A stretch of 64,000 nt of DNA, taken from assembly GCA_045546075.1 (NCBI GenBank), contig JAZQCF010000004.1:21157-85156 (forward strand), in the 5' to 3' direction. A program made the translations under genes and the position numbers. The notes under the pieces are model-generated. The model was not told where the DNA came from. It searched no databases and saw only the letters and a program-made list of their open reading frames with translations. This DNA comes from Candidatus Enterousia sp. Its GTDB lineage: Bacteria; Pseudomonadota; Alphaproteobacteria; Rs-D84. Position 1 is the first letter of the stretch. The number at the start of each line of letters is the position of its first letter. Shown piece after piece: positions 47,245 to 57,560 of the stretch.

Positions 47245-49476
47245 ATGGTTAAGGAAATTATTGAAAGAATTGATTCACAACAACTGGCGGACGCGCTGTC
47301 AACGCGGTATTTGTCGTACGCGGTAAGCACGATTGTGTCGCGCGCCCTGCCCGACGTGCGGGACGGTTTGAAACCGGTGCATCGGCGCATTTTGTATTCT
47401 ATGTTGCGGCAAAAATTGTCGCCCAGTGCCGCGTTTCGTAAATGCGCAACGGTGGTTGGCGATGTGTTGGGTCACTATCATCCGCACGGCGATTCGTCGG
47501 TTTATGACGCAATGGTCCGCCTGGCCCAGGATTTTTCCGTACGTTATCCACTGATTGATGGCCAGGGTAATTTTGGGAACATTGACGGCGACCCCCAGGC
47601 GGCATATCGTTACACTGAATCCAAGATGACCGATGCGGCGATGCTGATTATGGACGGCATAGATGAAGACAGTGTTGATATGATGCCGAACTTTGACGGC
47701 ACCACAACCGAACCGGTCGTTATGCCGGGCGCGTTTCCAAACCTGTTGGCAAACGGCGGGATGGGAATTGCCGTTGGTATGGCAACAAACATCCCAACCC
47801 ACAATGTGGCCGAGGTTTGTGATGCCCTGAGCCTTATGGTTGATAAACCTGAATCCACCACCGCCCAGATTATGAAGAAAATGGTTGGCCCCGATTTCCC
47901 AACCGGTGGTGTTTTAATTGATGATTTTGATACGATTGTCAAAAACTATGAAACCGGGCGCGGCGCGTTTCGCATTCGGTGCAAATATGAAATTGAAGAA
48001 TTGGAACGCGGCGGATACCAGGTTGTAATTACCGAAATTCCATACGGCATTATTAAATCCAAGATGGTGGAACAAATCGGCGAATTGATTGATGCCAAAA
48101 AATTACCACTGATTGACGATATTATTGATGAATCAACAACCGATGTTCGCATTGTTATAACACCCAAATCGCGCAATATTCCGGTGGATAAAATGATGGC
48201 GCACCTGTTTGCGATGACGGATGCGGAATACAAATTCAATATGAATTTCAATGTTATTGATTCCAACGGCGCGCCACGTGTGATGGGCATTCGCGATGTA
48301 TTGTTGGAATTTATCGCGCACCAGAAAAATGTCTTGCTGCGCCGGACCAAATGGCGTTTGGGCAATATCGACCGGCGGTTAGAGATTTTGGGCGGGCTGC
48401 TGATTGTGTATTTGAATTTGGACCGCGTGATTGAGATTATCCGCACCGAAGACGATCCTAAGGCCGTATTGATGGCGGAATTCAGTTTGACTGAAATTCA
48501 GGTTGAATCAATTTTGAACACACGCCTGCGCGCGTTGCGCAAACTGGAAGAAATGGAAATTCGGCGCGAAGACAAAGAACTGCGTGTGGAACGCGAACAA
48601 TTATTGGCCCTGTTGGGCGATCCAGAAATTCAAAATGCCCAGATTAAGGCCTGGTTCGCCGACATTAAAAAACAATACGATAAAAAGACCATACTGGGCC
48701 GGCGGCGCACAACATGGGCACCATTGACCGAAAACATAGTGGTTGATGCCGAAGAATTTATCGAAAAAGAACCCGTCACGATTATTCTGTCAACAATGGG
48801 TTGGATTCGCGCGGCGCGTGGGCACCTGGATTTGAATGCGTTGGATTTGAAATTCAAAGAAGGCGATGAATTACAATATGCGTTCCACGCAATGACGAAC
48901 GATAAAATAAATCTGTTCGGGTCATCGGGCCGTATGTTCACCCTTGCCGCGAACGATTTACCGTCTGCGCGCGGGTTTGGGGAATCGGTACGTATGATGG
49001 CGGACATTGGTGCAGAAGAATCCATTGTGAACGCGTTTGTGTTGAATACGGCGACAAAATACTTGGTCGTGTCGCGACACGGGAACGGATTCATTGTTGC
49101 CGGCGAAAATTGTGTTGCACAAACCCGTACCGGGAAACAGGTTATGAATGTTGACGATAAAAATCCTGCGGCATTCTGTGTGCCGGTCACGGGCGATACA
49201 ATCGCAATGTCCGGTTCAAACGACAAGATTTTGATATTTGCCACCGCCGAAGTGCCAGAAATGATTCGTGGCAAGGGTGTAATTTTACAAAAATATAATG
49301 CCGAACGGACATATGTGTTGGATGTGATGTTCTTTGACGCGGCGGACGGTTTTGGTTGGACAACCGGGCGCGGAACAACAAAACTGGACGATTGGAAACC
49401 GTGGGTGGGCAAACGTGCAACCCAAGGTCGCACCATTCCGGTCGGTTTCCCACGCAGTGGAAAGTTCGGGAAATAG
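47245..49476 (+). CDS. parC: DNA topoisomerase IV subunit A (or a short GyrA-type type IIA topoisomerase A subunit)
   Basis: [28 protein letters not shown] and the GyrA-box region. Its 744 aa favour ParC. Start at ATG 47245. Confidence 0.75.
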   Translation: MVKEIIERIDSQQLADALSTRYLSYAVSTIVSRALPDVRDGLKPVHRRILYSMLRQKLSPSAAFRKCATVVGDVLGHYHPHGDSSVYDAMVRLAQDFSVRYPLIDGQGNFGNIDGDPQAAYRYTESKMTDAAMLIMDGIDEDSVDMMPNFDGTTTEPVVMPGAFPNLLANGGMGIAVGMATNIPTHNVAEVCDALSLMVDKPESTTAQIMKKMVGPDFPTGGVLIDDFDTIVKNYETGRGAFRIRCKYEIEELERGGYQVVITEIPYGIIKSKMVEQIGELIDAKKLPLIDDIIDESTTDVRIVITPKSRNIPVDKMMAHLFAMTDAEYKFNMNFNVIDSNGAPRVMGIRDVLLEFIAHQKNVLLRRTKWRLGNIDRRLEILGGLLIVYLNLDRVIEIIRTEDDPKAVLMAEFSLTEIQVESILNTRLRALRKLEEMEIRREDKELRVEREQLLALLGDPEIQNAQIKAWFADIKKQYDKKTILGRRRTTWAPLTENIVVDAEEFIEKEPVTIILSTMGWIRAARGHLDLNALDLKFKEGDELQYAFHAMTNDKINLFGSSGRMFTLAANDLPSARGFGESVRMMADIGAEESIVNAFVLNTATKYLVVSRHGNGFIVAGENCVAQTRTGKQVMNVDDKNPAAFCVPVTGDTIAMSGSNDKILIFATAEVPEMIRGKGVILQKYNAERTYVLDVMFFDAADGFGWTTGRGTTKLDDWKPWVGKRATQGRTIPVGFPRSGKFGK

Positions 49477-49583
49477 TGGGTAGTGGTTAGTGTTAGTGGT
49501 TAGTAGAGTCTGGAATAATTTTGTAATTATGAACTTATTCCAGAAATTACTAACCACTATCCACTTGCACTAACCATTAACAA
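49471..49583. repeat. AAATAG-TGGGTAGTGGTTAGTG... repeat forming a long composite hairpin (bidirectional terminator) between parC and glyQS
   Basis: Repeat at 49471-49504. Inner hairpin GAGTCTGGAATAA...TTATTCCAGA. Partially inverted copy TACTAACCACTATCCACT at 49548-49565. Confidence 0.6.
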
Positions 49584-50945
49584 TTATCCATTAACAATTT
49601 CCAACACACGTTTTGGAACATCGACGATTTTTATGCGTTCCTGGTCCATGGTGTCACGGTGGCGCATTGTTACCATACCGTCTTCCAATGTTTGGTGGTC
49701 AACAGTTATGCATACCGGCGTGCCGATTTCATCGTGCCGGCGATAGTTTTTACCAATGTTGCCTGAATTTTCTAATTCTATGCGCCCGATGCCAAGTGCG
49801 CGCAAATCGTTTTCGATATTTTCGGCCAACCCCACCAATTCCGGCACATTGCGCGCCAACGGTATGACCGCCGCCTTGACCGGGGCCAATTTTGGTTTCA
49901 ATTTCAACACGGTGCGGGTTTTACCATCCGCCAATGTTTCTTCGGTATATGCCTCTATCATCAACGCCATCATCGCGCGGTTCACGCCCATTGCGGTTTC
50001 GATTACATATGGAATAAAACTTTCGCCCGATTGCGGGTCTGAATAGGCCAATTTAACGGTGCTGTCGCGGTTTTCCATAACATGCGCGGCAATTTTGAAT
50101 TCGTTTTGCGATTTTGTATGTGAACCCAAATCAAAGTCTTGGCGATTATGAACACCTTCGACTTCGTCAAATCCGTCCGGAAATTCGTATTCGATGTCGC
50201 CGGCGGCCTTGGCATAGTGGGCCAATTTTTCGTGCGGTGTAAAACGCAATTTGTTCGCCGGAATACCCAACACATTGGTCCACCACGCAATGCGGTTTTC
50301 GCGCCACGCGGCAAAGTATTTTTCATCATCACCCGGACGCACAAAGTATTGCATTTCGGCCTGTTCAAATTCGCGCATACGGAACACAAACCCGCGCGGG
50401 GAAATTTCATTACGAAACGCCTTGCCAATCTGGGCAATGCCGAACGGCAATTTATGCGGCGTGGAATCAAGAACATTTTTGAAATTGATATATGTTGTGG
50501 TCGCCGTTTCCGGTCGCAGGTACGCGTTTATTTCGCCATCCGCCACCGCCCCGATGGAAAGCCCCATCATTAATTGATATTCGCGCGGCGGCATTAAATC
50601 GGTTGAACCACAGTTGTCGCATTTTGTTTGATCGCGCATTTTATCTTGGCGCATACGGGCACCACATTTTTTACATTCAACCAATGGGTCGGAAAATCCA
50701 CCTTCGTGCCCGGAATATTTCCACATTAAACGGTTTCCAATCAGGGACGCATCCAAACCTTCGATATCATTGCGGGAATATACCATTGCGTTCCACCATG
50801 CGTTGCGAATATTGCGCATCAGTTCCACGCCGTATGGGCCATAATCGTATGTCCCACCCATTCCGCCATATATTTCGGAACCCGTAAAAATAAACCCGCG
50901 CCGTTTGCACAGTGCCACAATATCATTTACATTTTTCGCCGGCAT
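49584..50945 (-). CDS. glyQS: glycine--tRNA ligase, homodimeric (alpha2) type
   Basis: MPAKNVNDIVALCKRRGFIFTGSEIYGGMGGTYDYGPYG matches the alpha2-type GlyRS N-terminus. Class II motifs and the anticodon-binding domain are present. Confidence 0.9.
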   Translation of the reverse strand: MPAKNVNDIVALCKRRGFIFTGSEIYGGMGGTYDYGPYGVELMRNIRNAWWNAMVYSRNDIEGLDASLIGNRLMWKYSGHEGGFSDPLVECKKCGARMRQDKMRDQTKCDNCGSTDLMPPREYQLMMGLSIGAVADGEINAYLRPETATTTYINFKNVLDSTPHKLPFGIAQIGKAFRNEISPRGFVFRMREFEQAEMQYFVRPGDDEKYFAAWRENRIAWWTNVLGIPANKLRFTPHEKLAHYAKAAGDIEYEFPDGFDEVEGVHNRQDFDLGSHTKSQNEFKIAAHVMENRDSTVKLAYSDPQSGESFIPYVIETAMGVNRAMMALMIEAYTEETLADGKTRTVLKLKPKLAPVKAAVIPLARNVPELVGLAENIENDLRALGIGRIELENSGNIGKNYRRHDEIGTPVCITVDHQTLEDGMVTMRHRDTMDQERIKIVDVPKRVLEIVNG

Positions 50946-51056
50946 AATTTCACCCTTTTTGTTTTTCCCGTATAGTATTATATTTTATTCGCCCATTTGC
51001 AACATTTTTTACCATTAAAAATGGGGGCGTTGCCCCCAATCTGTACAGGTTATTTA

Positions 51057-51248
51057 CTATTGTGCCGGGGCGATTGCCGAAACCGGGCAAATGGATGCGC
51101 ATGTTCCGCACGATACACACTTTGCCGGGTCAATTACGCATTTGCCGTCCGGACCAACACTGATTGCCATCATTGGACACGCCGCCATACATGAATGACA
51201 ACCAATACATTTGTTTGAATCAATTTTATATGCCATTTTTTTCTCCAT
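51057..51248 (-). CDS. 2x[4Fe-4S] ferredoxin
   Basis: CIGCHSCMAACP and CVSCGTCASICP cluster motifs. Confidence 0.75.
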   Translation of the reverse strand: MEKKMAYKIDSNKCIGCHSCMAACPMMAISVGPDGKCVIDPAKCVSCGTCASICPVSAIAPAQ

Positions 51249-51965
51249 TTAATCTCTGTTAAGTAACCCCAGCACGTATTGGAACATCGCAATGAAAGAA
51301 ATATACAAATGCAATGCACCCAACACCGCCAACTGGTCGCGCTGAACATCATCACCCAACACTTCATATGAACGTTTCAGTGTTTGCATATCATACGCCG
51401 TGAACAACGCAAACACCAACACACCAATCGCACAGACTATTGTTGAAAATGTTCCGCCCAGGGTCCAGATCATAGACACTATGCCGACCAAAATCAAGCC
51501 AATCATTCCCATCATCAAAAATATCCCCAGGAACGATAAATCTTTCGCGGTTTTATATCCATATGCCGCCATAAAGCCGAACATCGCGGCGGCAATAACA
51601 AACGCCCAAACGATAGATGCCGGATTCACGGCCAGTCCACCCCAAATAATCGGCGTAAGGCCAAATCCAATCAACACCGCATAGATAAACAGCAATATTG
51701 CTGCCAACACCGGTCGCATAGAAAACGCCCGAACCTGGGCCCAGATGGACAGTGCCAATCCCCCAAATATCACAATATAGAACAACGGTGTCATTCCACC
51801 TGCGGTCACCAATAAACGAATTCCGCCCATATAGATTGTGATAAATGCCGTGATTGCGGTCACCGCGACCGCCCCGAACATCAACGTAAATATCTTTTTC
51901 AAATATAAATCGATTCCGCCACCTGTTTGGGGTGCGCCGACAGATTTTTTCGCCTTTGTTGCCAT
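51249..51965 (-). CDS. Bax-inhibitor-1/YccA-family inner-membrane protein
   Basis: Seven TM segments with the BI-1 pattern, including the C-terminal LAVLGALHLYISFIAMFQYVLGLL. Confidence 0.7.
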   Translation of the reverse strand: MATKAKKSVGAPQTGGGIDLYLKKIFTLMFGAVAVTAITAFITIYMGGIRLLVTAGGMTPLFYIVIFGGLALSIWAQVRAFSMRPVLAAILLFIYAVLIGFGLTPIIWGGLAVNPASIVWAFVIAAAMFGFMAAYGYKTAKDLSFLGIFLMMGMIGLILVGIVSMIWTLGGTFSTIVCAIGVLVFALFTAYDMQTLKRSYEVLGDDVQRDQLAVLGALHLYISFIAMFQYVLGLLNRD

Positions 51966-52042
51966 AATTTTCTCCTTGTTAGTTCAACAAATATATAATA
52001 CAATAAAGGTATATTTTCAAGATATAAAAAAAGGAGACAAAT

Positions 52043-52258
52043 ATGCCAAAGATTGACAAAAGATACGACCCAATCAATCGCAAGGAAAAACCAACACTAA
52101 CCCCAAGCAAACGTGAAGAATTGGAAAAGTTAAAGGAAAAACTGAAATCGGCCCAGGAAAAATTAAAACAGGACCCGGCAAATAAAAAATTAAAGGAAAT
52201 TGTCCAAAACCTGAAAAATATGTTCAAAATGGAACGCGAACGCGGGTATAAGATATAG
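52043..52258 (+). CDS. small Lys/Glu-rich hypothetical protein
   Basis: ORF only. Confidence 0.3.
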   Translation: MPKIDKRYDPINRKEKPTLTPSKREELEKLKEKLKSAQEKLKQDPANKKLKEIVQNLKNMFKMERERGYKI

Positions 52259-52332
52259 TGTCATAATATTTTTCTTGTTATTTGCAAAATGTGTAATATT
52301 ATTCGCGGTTGTAAAAAACAAAAGGATAAAAA

Positions 52333-52551
52333 ATGACGCATGTTGAAGAATATGATGCAAGTATATATAACCCGATTGCACGGAAACGTCGCACATATAA
52401 CATCTTGCAAAACAAATACGAAGAAAAATTGGCAAAATATACTAATGCCAACGAACAATACAAAAAGACCGCTGAATATGCGCGCCTGGCCAAAATTGTG
52501 ACAAGATTACGCGCAACATTGGCGCAAATGGAACAAGACCTTGCACGATAG
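52333..52551 (+). CDS. small hypothetical coiled-coil protein
   Basis: ORF abutting the lgt start. Confidence 0.3.
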   Translation: MTHVEEYDASIYNPIARKRRTYNILQNKYEEKLAKYTNANEQYKKTAEYARLAKIVTRLRATLAQMEQDLAR

Positions 52552-53352
52552 ATGTCGATTGTAATAAACCCGATTTCACCCGTCGCATTTACGGTATTTG
52601 GATTGCCAATTCGTTGGTATGCGTTGGCATATATTGCGGCGTTTGTAATCGGGTATTTTTTGTTTCGTGCCTTTGCACGTCGCCGCGATAGTGGCCTGAA
52701 TATGTCGCGTCACGAATTGGATGATTTGTTTTCGTGGATAATTTTGGGTGTGATAATTGGCGGGCGATTGGGTTATGTTCTGTTTTATAACCTGCCGTTC
52801 TTTTTGTCGCACCCGTTGGAAATTTTCGCCGTTTGGCATGGCGGGATGAGTTTTCATGGCGGCCTTGCCGGTGTGGTGGTCGCGACATTTTTGTTCACGC
52901 GTTCATGGACGCGGGGGCTGCGGGTGTTGGATTTAATATCGGTTGCCGCGCCGATTGGACTGTTCTTTGGGCGTGTTGCGAATTTTATAAATATGGAAAT
53001 TATGGGTCGCCCGACGGATTCCCGCATAGGTGTTTTCTTTAACGGTGTGTCGGATGTCCCCCGCCACGCCAGTCCGCTTTACGAAGGCCTAAGCGAAGGT
53101 TTGATTCTGTTTGTTATAATGCTGTGCCTGTACAAATATACAAAATTGCGCCGGTATCCGGGTGCGCTGTGTGGTGCGATGGCGATGTTCTATGCGGTGT
53201 TCCGTATTATCTGTGAACAGTTCCGCGCCCCCGATGCACAAATCGGTTTCCTGACCGACTGGGGGTTAACGATGGGGATGTTGTTGTCGGGCGTATTGTT
53301 TCTGTGTGGCGCGGGATTATTTTACCTTGCAATCAAAAATTCCAAAAAGTAA
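52552..53352 (+). CDS. lgt: prolipoprotein diacylglyceryl transferase
   Basis: IGGRLGYVLFYN, HGGLAGVV and the Lgt signature region FINMEIMGRPT. Confidence 0.85.
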   Translation: MSIVINPISPVAFTVFGLPIRWYALAYIAAFVIGYFLFRAFARRRDSGLNMSRHELDDLFSWIILGVIIGGRLGYVLFYNLPFFLSHPLEIFAVWHGGMSFHGGLAGVVVATFLFTRSWTRGLRVLDLISVAAPIGLFFGRVANFINMEIMGRPTDSRIGVFFNGVSDVPRHASPLYEGLSEGLILFVIMLCLYKYTKLRRYPGALCGAMAMFYAVFRIICEQFRAPDAQIGFLTDWGLTMGMLLSGVLFLCGAGLFYLAIKNSKK

Positions 53353-53413
53353 TTTTTATGAAAAAAATGCTTGATTTTATGATTTCGTCGGTATATTATA
53401 TCGGCACGGCATT

Positions 53414-53490
53414 GGGGTGTTAGCTCAGCTGGTTAGAGCGTCTGCCTGTCACGCAGAAGGTCGAGGGTTCGAGCCCCTTACATCCCGCCA
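53414..53490 (+). tRNA. tRNA-Asp (GTC)
   Basis: Cloverleaf read by hand: acceptor GGGGTGT/ACATCCC, anticodon loop CTGTCAC, T-loop TTCGAGC, 3' GCCA. Confidence 0.9.
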
Positions 53491-53509
53491 GTTTTTTTGT
53501 GTCAGTTCC

Positions 53510-53584
53510 GGCCCCATCGTCTAATGGTTAGGACACCGCCCTTTCAAGGCGAGAATCCCGGTTCAAATCCGAGTGGGGCTGCCA
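53510..53584 (+). tRNA. tRNA-Glu (TTC)
   Basis: Acceptor GGCCCCA/TGGGGCT, anticodon loop CTTTCAA, T-loop TTCAAAT, 3' GCCA. Confidence 0.85.
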
Positions 53585-53589
53585 AAAAT

Positions 53590-53618
53590 TCAAACCGACC
53601 TTTTGGGTCGGTTTTTTC
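53590..53618 (+). terminator. rho-independent terminator after the tRNA pair
   Basis: AAACCGACC-TTTT-GGGTCGGTTT followed by TTTC. Confidence 0.55.
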
Positions 53619-53690
53619 TTTGTTTTCTAATACTTTCACGAGTTCGAAAGTTGGATATCAAAAACAGACACTGTTTTTCTCATTTACGAA

Positions 53691-54791
53691 CTATTTTTCC
53701 AAATTATTTGTTTTTATAATGCTTTTTTTGGCAAGGGTAGCAAGAGCTAAGTCCATAGCATCAACACCTTCAGCACATTTTATTTGTGGCTTATAGCCGC
53801 GCAATTCAAAATCATCATATTCCAAAATACGATAATTCATACCAACAGATACAGTGATATTACTGTGTGGCAAGAAACCATGGCACATATTACCATATAC
53901 CTCCATACCGGCAGAATTATCACCAACTACTGTAACCATAGGATGATGAACCATACGCAATAAAAACATTTCTGCGCTGGAACCTGTGCGTGCATCGGTC
54001 AGAATAAATATTGGATTCATATACGCATTTTTTTTGTTAATCTTAAAGCATGTACCTTTTTTCCATAATTGTAATTTTTCTGATGCGGTGACATCAGACC
54101 AAGGTGCATCCGGATAATACGCTCTCTGAGCTTTCTGTGCCTCTGGTGTGGTTCGCACAAAAGTCTTTTTCATGCTTTCTATATCTGAACCGCACAAGAA
54201 ACGAGCCAATCCGTCAGAATATCTGCTGCTGCCGCCGCCGTTGCCGCGCAGATCAATAATCAAAGCTTTTGATTTTGGAATGATGTTATTTTGAAAATCA
54301 AGAACAATATCTCGGAATTCATCAGTCCTAAGCATGGTGTTAAAACCGATAACCCCAACATCATCTTTTCGTAATTTTGTTTTTATGGGTAATGTGCCAG
54401 CAAAGTTTTTCCCAACGTTTTTGAGAGCTCGTTTTGCCTTTGTGCCAGCGCGAACTTTGTTGAATCTGATAGCAATATGATTATCAGGGATTTGTTCAAT
54501 TACACCTTTGAGAGAATCAAACAATTCATCGGTTGTCATATCATGGGCGGACTTATATGCCTTTGTTAATTTTGTTAAAACCTTTCTTTTTATAATATCA
54601 TTATGCACAGGCCAACCAACATAAACACGTATCAAATAACGGGCTAATACAGAAATATCGTGCCGAACATCATCTGCTGTTAAATGTTTGCCAGGCACAT
54701 GAGCTTCGGGTTTGCCACCACGAATGTCATCCAATGTAGAATCTTTCAACAAGAGCGTTTCGAGTTCTTCAATAGTTGGTATCTTTACCAT
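53691..54791 (-). CDS. S41-family peptidase (C-terminal processing protease-like)
   Basis: IIDLRGNGGGS and TGSSAEMF (catalytic Ser region). Confidence 0.7.
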   Translation of the reverse strand: MVKIPTIEELETLLLKDSTLDDIRGGKPEAHVPGKHLTADDVRHDISVLARYLIRVYVGWPVHNDIIKRKVLTKLTKAYKSAHDMTTDELFDSLKGVIEQIPDNHIAIRFNKVRAGTKAKRALKNVGKNFAGTLPIKTKLRKDDVGVIGFNTMLRTDEFRDIVLDFQNNIIPKSKALIIDLRGNGGGSSRYSDGLARFLCGSDIESMKKTFVRTTPEAQKAQRAYYPDAPWSDVTASEKLQLWKKGTCFKINKKNAYMNPIFILTDARTGSSAEMFLLRMVHHPMVTVVGDNSAGMEVYGNMCHGFLPHSNITVSVGMNYRILEYDDFELRGYKPQIKCAEGVDAMDLALATLAKKSIIKTNNLEK

Positions 54792-54846
54792 AATAAAATC
54801 CTATACTAATATAGAATTATTATATCACAAAATTTGTAGAAATGTT

Positions 54847-55620
54847 TTATTTTGATTCTGCTTTTTGTATCTTGTCCCGAAGTACAGGTTCATTTACTTT
54901 TATCCATTCAAATGCTTTATCCATAAAATCATAAATATCTTTACGGTTCAGATAAAATTTCTTCATGGTATCAAAAATTAATTCGCCCTTTATTGTCATA
55001 TCGTAGAAGTATGAATAAGCAATATATTTTGGTTGTTCTATTAAATCATTTATGGCTGAATTACGAATAAGTGTTTCAACTACTATCTCTGACAACAACC
55101 ATTTGATATTTGGAAAATCGTATTCTGCTGGATTGTCTTGAAAATACTTGTTCCAGAAATAGAACCAAGCAAAATGGGTTATTTCATGTAATGCTGTTGT
55201 CATTGCATATGTTGGATCAAAATAATGATAAATATCAAAAGTATGTGTTTCAATATCACGCGGGCAAATTGGGTTTAATCCAACCTCGGCAACCATATCA
55301 TTCAAAATACCTCTGCAATCATTATCAAAAGCAGAACTGTATGCACTATTCAATTTGTTTGCTATTTTTTCCCATTCCGCACTAAACATATTTATAGAGT
55401 TTGCTATGATTGGTTTTCTTTTCCCCGCCTGAATTTTCATTTGTTCAGTAATATATTCAAATCTTTTTTCTTCTGGTAAAGATATAGCATATTCATAATT
55501 CAAATCAGGGTATGCCTTGAACAACTGCTTTTGCCACCAGACAGTCGTTCCGTCTTTCTGGTGGAACAGTATAAAATCTAAATCACTGTCAAAATCTTTC
55601 TGTTGCCAAGTTAGTTTCAT
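54847..55620 (-). CDS. hypothetical protein with an HExxH motif (HEITHFAW); possible zinc metallopeptidase
   Basis: The motif was read directly; there is no other support. AT-rich. Confidence 0.4.
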   Translation of the reverse strand: MKLTWQQKDFDSDLDFILFHQKDGTTVWWQKQLFKAYPDLNYEYAISLPEEKRFEYITEQMKIQAGKRKPIIANSINMFSAEWEKIANKLNSAYSSAFDNDCRGILNDMVAEVGLNPICPRDIETHTFDIYHYFDPTYAMTTALHEITHFAWFYFWNKYFQDNPAEYDFPNIKWLLSEIVVETLIRNSAINDLIEQPKYIAYSYFYDMTIKGELIFDTMKKFYLNRKDIYDFMDKAFEWIKVNEPVLRDKIQKAESK

Positions 55621-55751
55621 GTAATAACCTTGTAGTATTCCTCTTAATTATATCACAAAATCTGCAAAAATGTTTTTATTTCTTTCCCGAATGACAACAA
55701 ATCATGAATAAAATCAACTCGTGAATTGCACAAATGGCCCTGCCGGAATAA

Positions 55752-56300
55752 TCATCTCTTTGGTTTATAAACGGTATGACCATGTACCACATAATCTTTT
55801 AGAACTTGTTCGCCCGCATCTGTTTCAATTTGTCCATAAACGGTTATACCGCGTTTTTTGAATTCGTTATACCAGTTTTGTTTGAAACCTTCGTCAAATC
55901 CGGTGATTTTTGTGACACGTTCAGATGGAACCCCATAATAAATCGCCTTTATCCCGGACCACATAATTGCCCCCAGGCACATCATACACGGTTCAGATGT
56001 CACATATATACTTAAATCATACGGCGATAAATCATAATTCCCCAGTTTCTTTTCAGCTAACTTTATCGCGTTTATTTCGGCGTGATTATTACTGCAAGAT
56101 TTATCCACGACATTATTGGCGGCCTTGGCGACAAGATTTCCGTTTGAATCATAAACAGCGGCCAAAAACGGCCCATGACCTTTATTGATATATTTTTTTA
56201 ATTCTTGCTGTAAATCCAGTATAATTTTACCGGCCTTAATCAATTTTAAATTATCAATCTTTTCGTTGGCGATTACAGATGTTTTATTAGTTTTTTGCAT
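55752..56300 (-). CDS. cytidine/deoxycytidylate-family nucleoside deaminase (TadA/guanine-deaminase-like)
   Basis: HAEINAI and SEPCMMCLGAI zinc-binding motifs. Start at ATG 56300 with an AGAGGGA RBS. Confidence 0.7.
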   Translation of the reverse strand: MQKTNKTSVIANEKIDNLKLIKAGKIILDLQQELKKYINKGHGPFLAAVYDSNGNLVAKAANNVVDKSCSNNHAEINAIKLAEKKLGNYDLSPYDLSIYVTSEPCMMCLGAIMWSGIKAIYYGVPSERVTKITGFDEGFKQNWYNEFKKRGITVYGQIETDAGEQVLKDYVVHGHTVYKPKR

Positions 56301-56488
56301 GTCGTTCCCTCTTGGGGAAAGTATGACATAATTTGTAATAAATTGCAAAACAGGTCTTGAAAAAAACTTAATATTTTTTCCCAGACCACCACAAATCGAG
56401 TATCCCGTTGGCGTGTGAATCGGTTAAATAAAACGACCACCAAATGGTGGCTGTTTTATTATTTGCTTTTGTTTTTTCGTCCGAACAA

Positions 56489-56794
56489 TTAGGCACGACG
56501 TTGTTCGCATGCCGTCACAAATTCTTTGTAATCTTTCGGTTTCATGAAAAATTGAAAATCTTCGGTGCCATCGTTCGCAATCGTATAGACAAACCGGGAA
56601 GAATAAACCGCATAACTGTTGTCGATACTCCATTTGATTGGGCGTTTGGTGGATGTCTGGAATTCTTCTGGGTCAACCTGTTTTGCCACGGTTGCATTTG
56701 GTATCAAATTCATCAAGTTTTGAAAGTTTAATTTGTATGTTTCTTGTTTTTCTTTTTCAATTTTATCATTTTTTTTACCCTTTATTGCACGCAT
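56489..56794 (-). CDS. hypothetical protein
   Basis: ORF only. Confidence 0.3.
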   Translation of the reverse strand: MRAIKGKKNDKIEKEKQETYKLNFQNLMNLIPNATVAKQVDPEEFQTSTKRPIKWSIDNSYAVYSSRFVYTIANDGTEDFQFFMKPKDYKEFVTACEQRRA

Positions 56795-56913
56795 TTTAGC
56801 AATTTAAACGCCTTTGTCAATTATTGCATATTGATTTTTTGTGTGATTTGTGATATAATTCGTACATTAAATCGGTGGCGTTTTGCCGCCGTTTTTTATT
56901 TGTGGGGAAAATT

Positions 56914-57414
56914 ATGAAATTCAGTAATCAAGGAATTGAACTGTTAAAACAATTAGAGGGCCATGTCAAACGTGGCAACATACATATTGTCTATGATGAT
57001 AAAACCGGCCGGCCTATTGACGGCGGCGCGCCATTGCCACGTGGCGCAACAATCGGTTATGGTCATTTGATAAAACCGGGCGAAGATTTTACCGGCGGCA
57101 TCACCGAACGCGTGGCGACCGAATTATTGTGTGCCGACATTGCCGCGGCCCAGCGCGCCGTTCAAAACAATATCACGGTGCCGCTTACACAAAACCAATA
57201 TGATGCATTGGTGATTTTTGCGTATAATATCGGCACAAAAAACTTTGCGAATTCCACCGTGGTAAAATACATCAACAACCCAAATTTCCACAGTTCAATA
57301 TACCCAAACCTGGAATCGGCGTGGCGCGCGTGGAATAAATCGGGTGGGCGCGTAATGGCGGGGCTGAACCGGCGGCGGGATGCAGAATTACGCCTGTTCG
57401 TGCGCGGTATTTGA
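56914..57414 (+). CDS. GH24 phage-type lysozyme
   Basis: GIELLKQLEG...TIGYGH and ...QYDALVIFAYNIG match the T4-lysozyme-family catalytic region. RBS GGGGAAA. Confidence 0.75.
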   Translation: MKFSNQGIELLKQLEGHVKRGNIHIVYDDKTGRPIDGGAPLPRGATIGYGHLIKPGEDFTGGITERVATELLCADIAAAQRAVQNNITVPLTQNQYDALVIFAYNIGTKNFANSTVVKYINNPNFHSSIYPNLESAWRAWNKSGGRVMAGLNRRRDAELRLFVRGI

Positions 57415-57445
57415 CATATCCTGACGGTGTGGTATAATTTATACT

Positions 57446-57559
57446 ATGAAGAAAATAATATTTGTTTTATTGGGCTGTGCGTTGGTGTTGGGTGCGTGCG
57501 GGGTTAAATCCGGCCTGGAACGTCCCGATGGACCACTACGCGATTATCCGGTGTATTAA
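57446..57559 (+). CDS. 37-aa lipoprotein-like small ORF (MKKIIFVLLGCALVLGACGVKSG...)
   Basis: Not in the ORF track (under 60 aa). TGGTATAAT -10-like element lies just upstream. The stop overlaps the ATG at 57561. Confidence 0.35.
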   Translation: MKKIIFVLLGCALVLGACGVKSGLERPDGPLRDYPVY

Positions 57560-57560
57560 A

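Noticed and set aside
47299-49436. Several long ORFs antisense to parC (47299..47802, 47946..48446, 48630..49436) and antisense to glyQS (50003..50577)
   Set aside because: Typical GC-skewed antisense ORFs inside highly conserved genes. No independent support.
56340-56490. Hairpin GACCACC-AAAT-GGTGGC between the deaminase gene and ORF 56489..56794
   Set aside because: On the coding (minus) strand it is not followed by a U-run, and it lies upstream of, not downstream of, the nearest gene end. Likely incidental.
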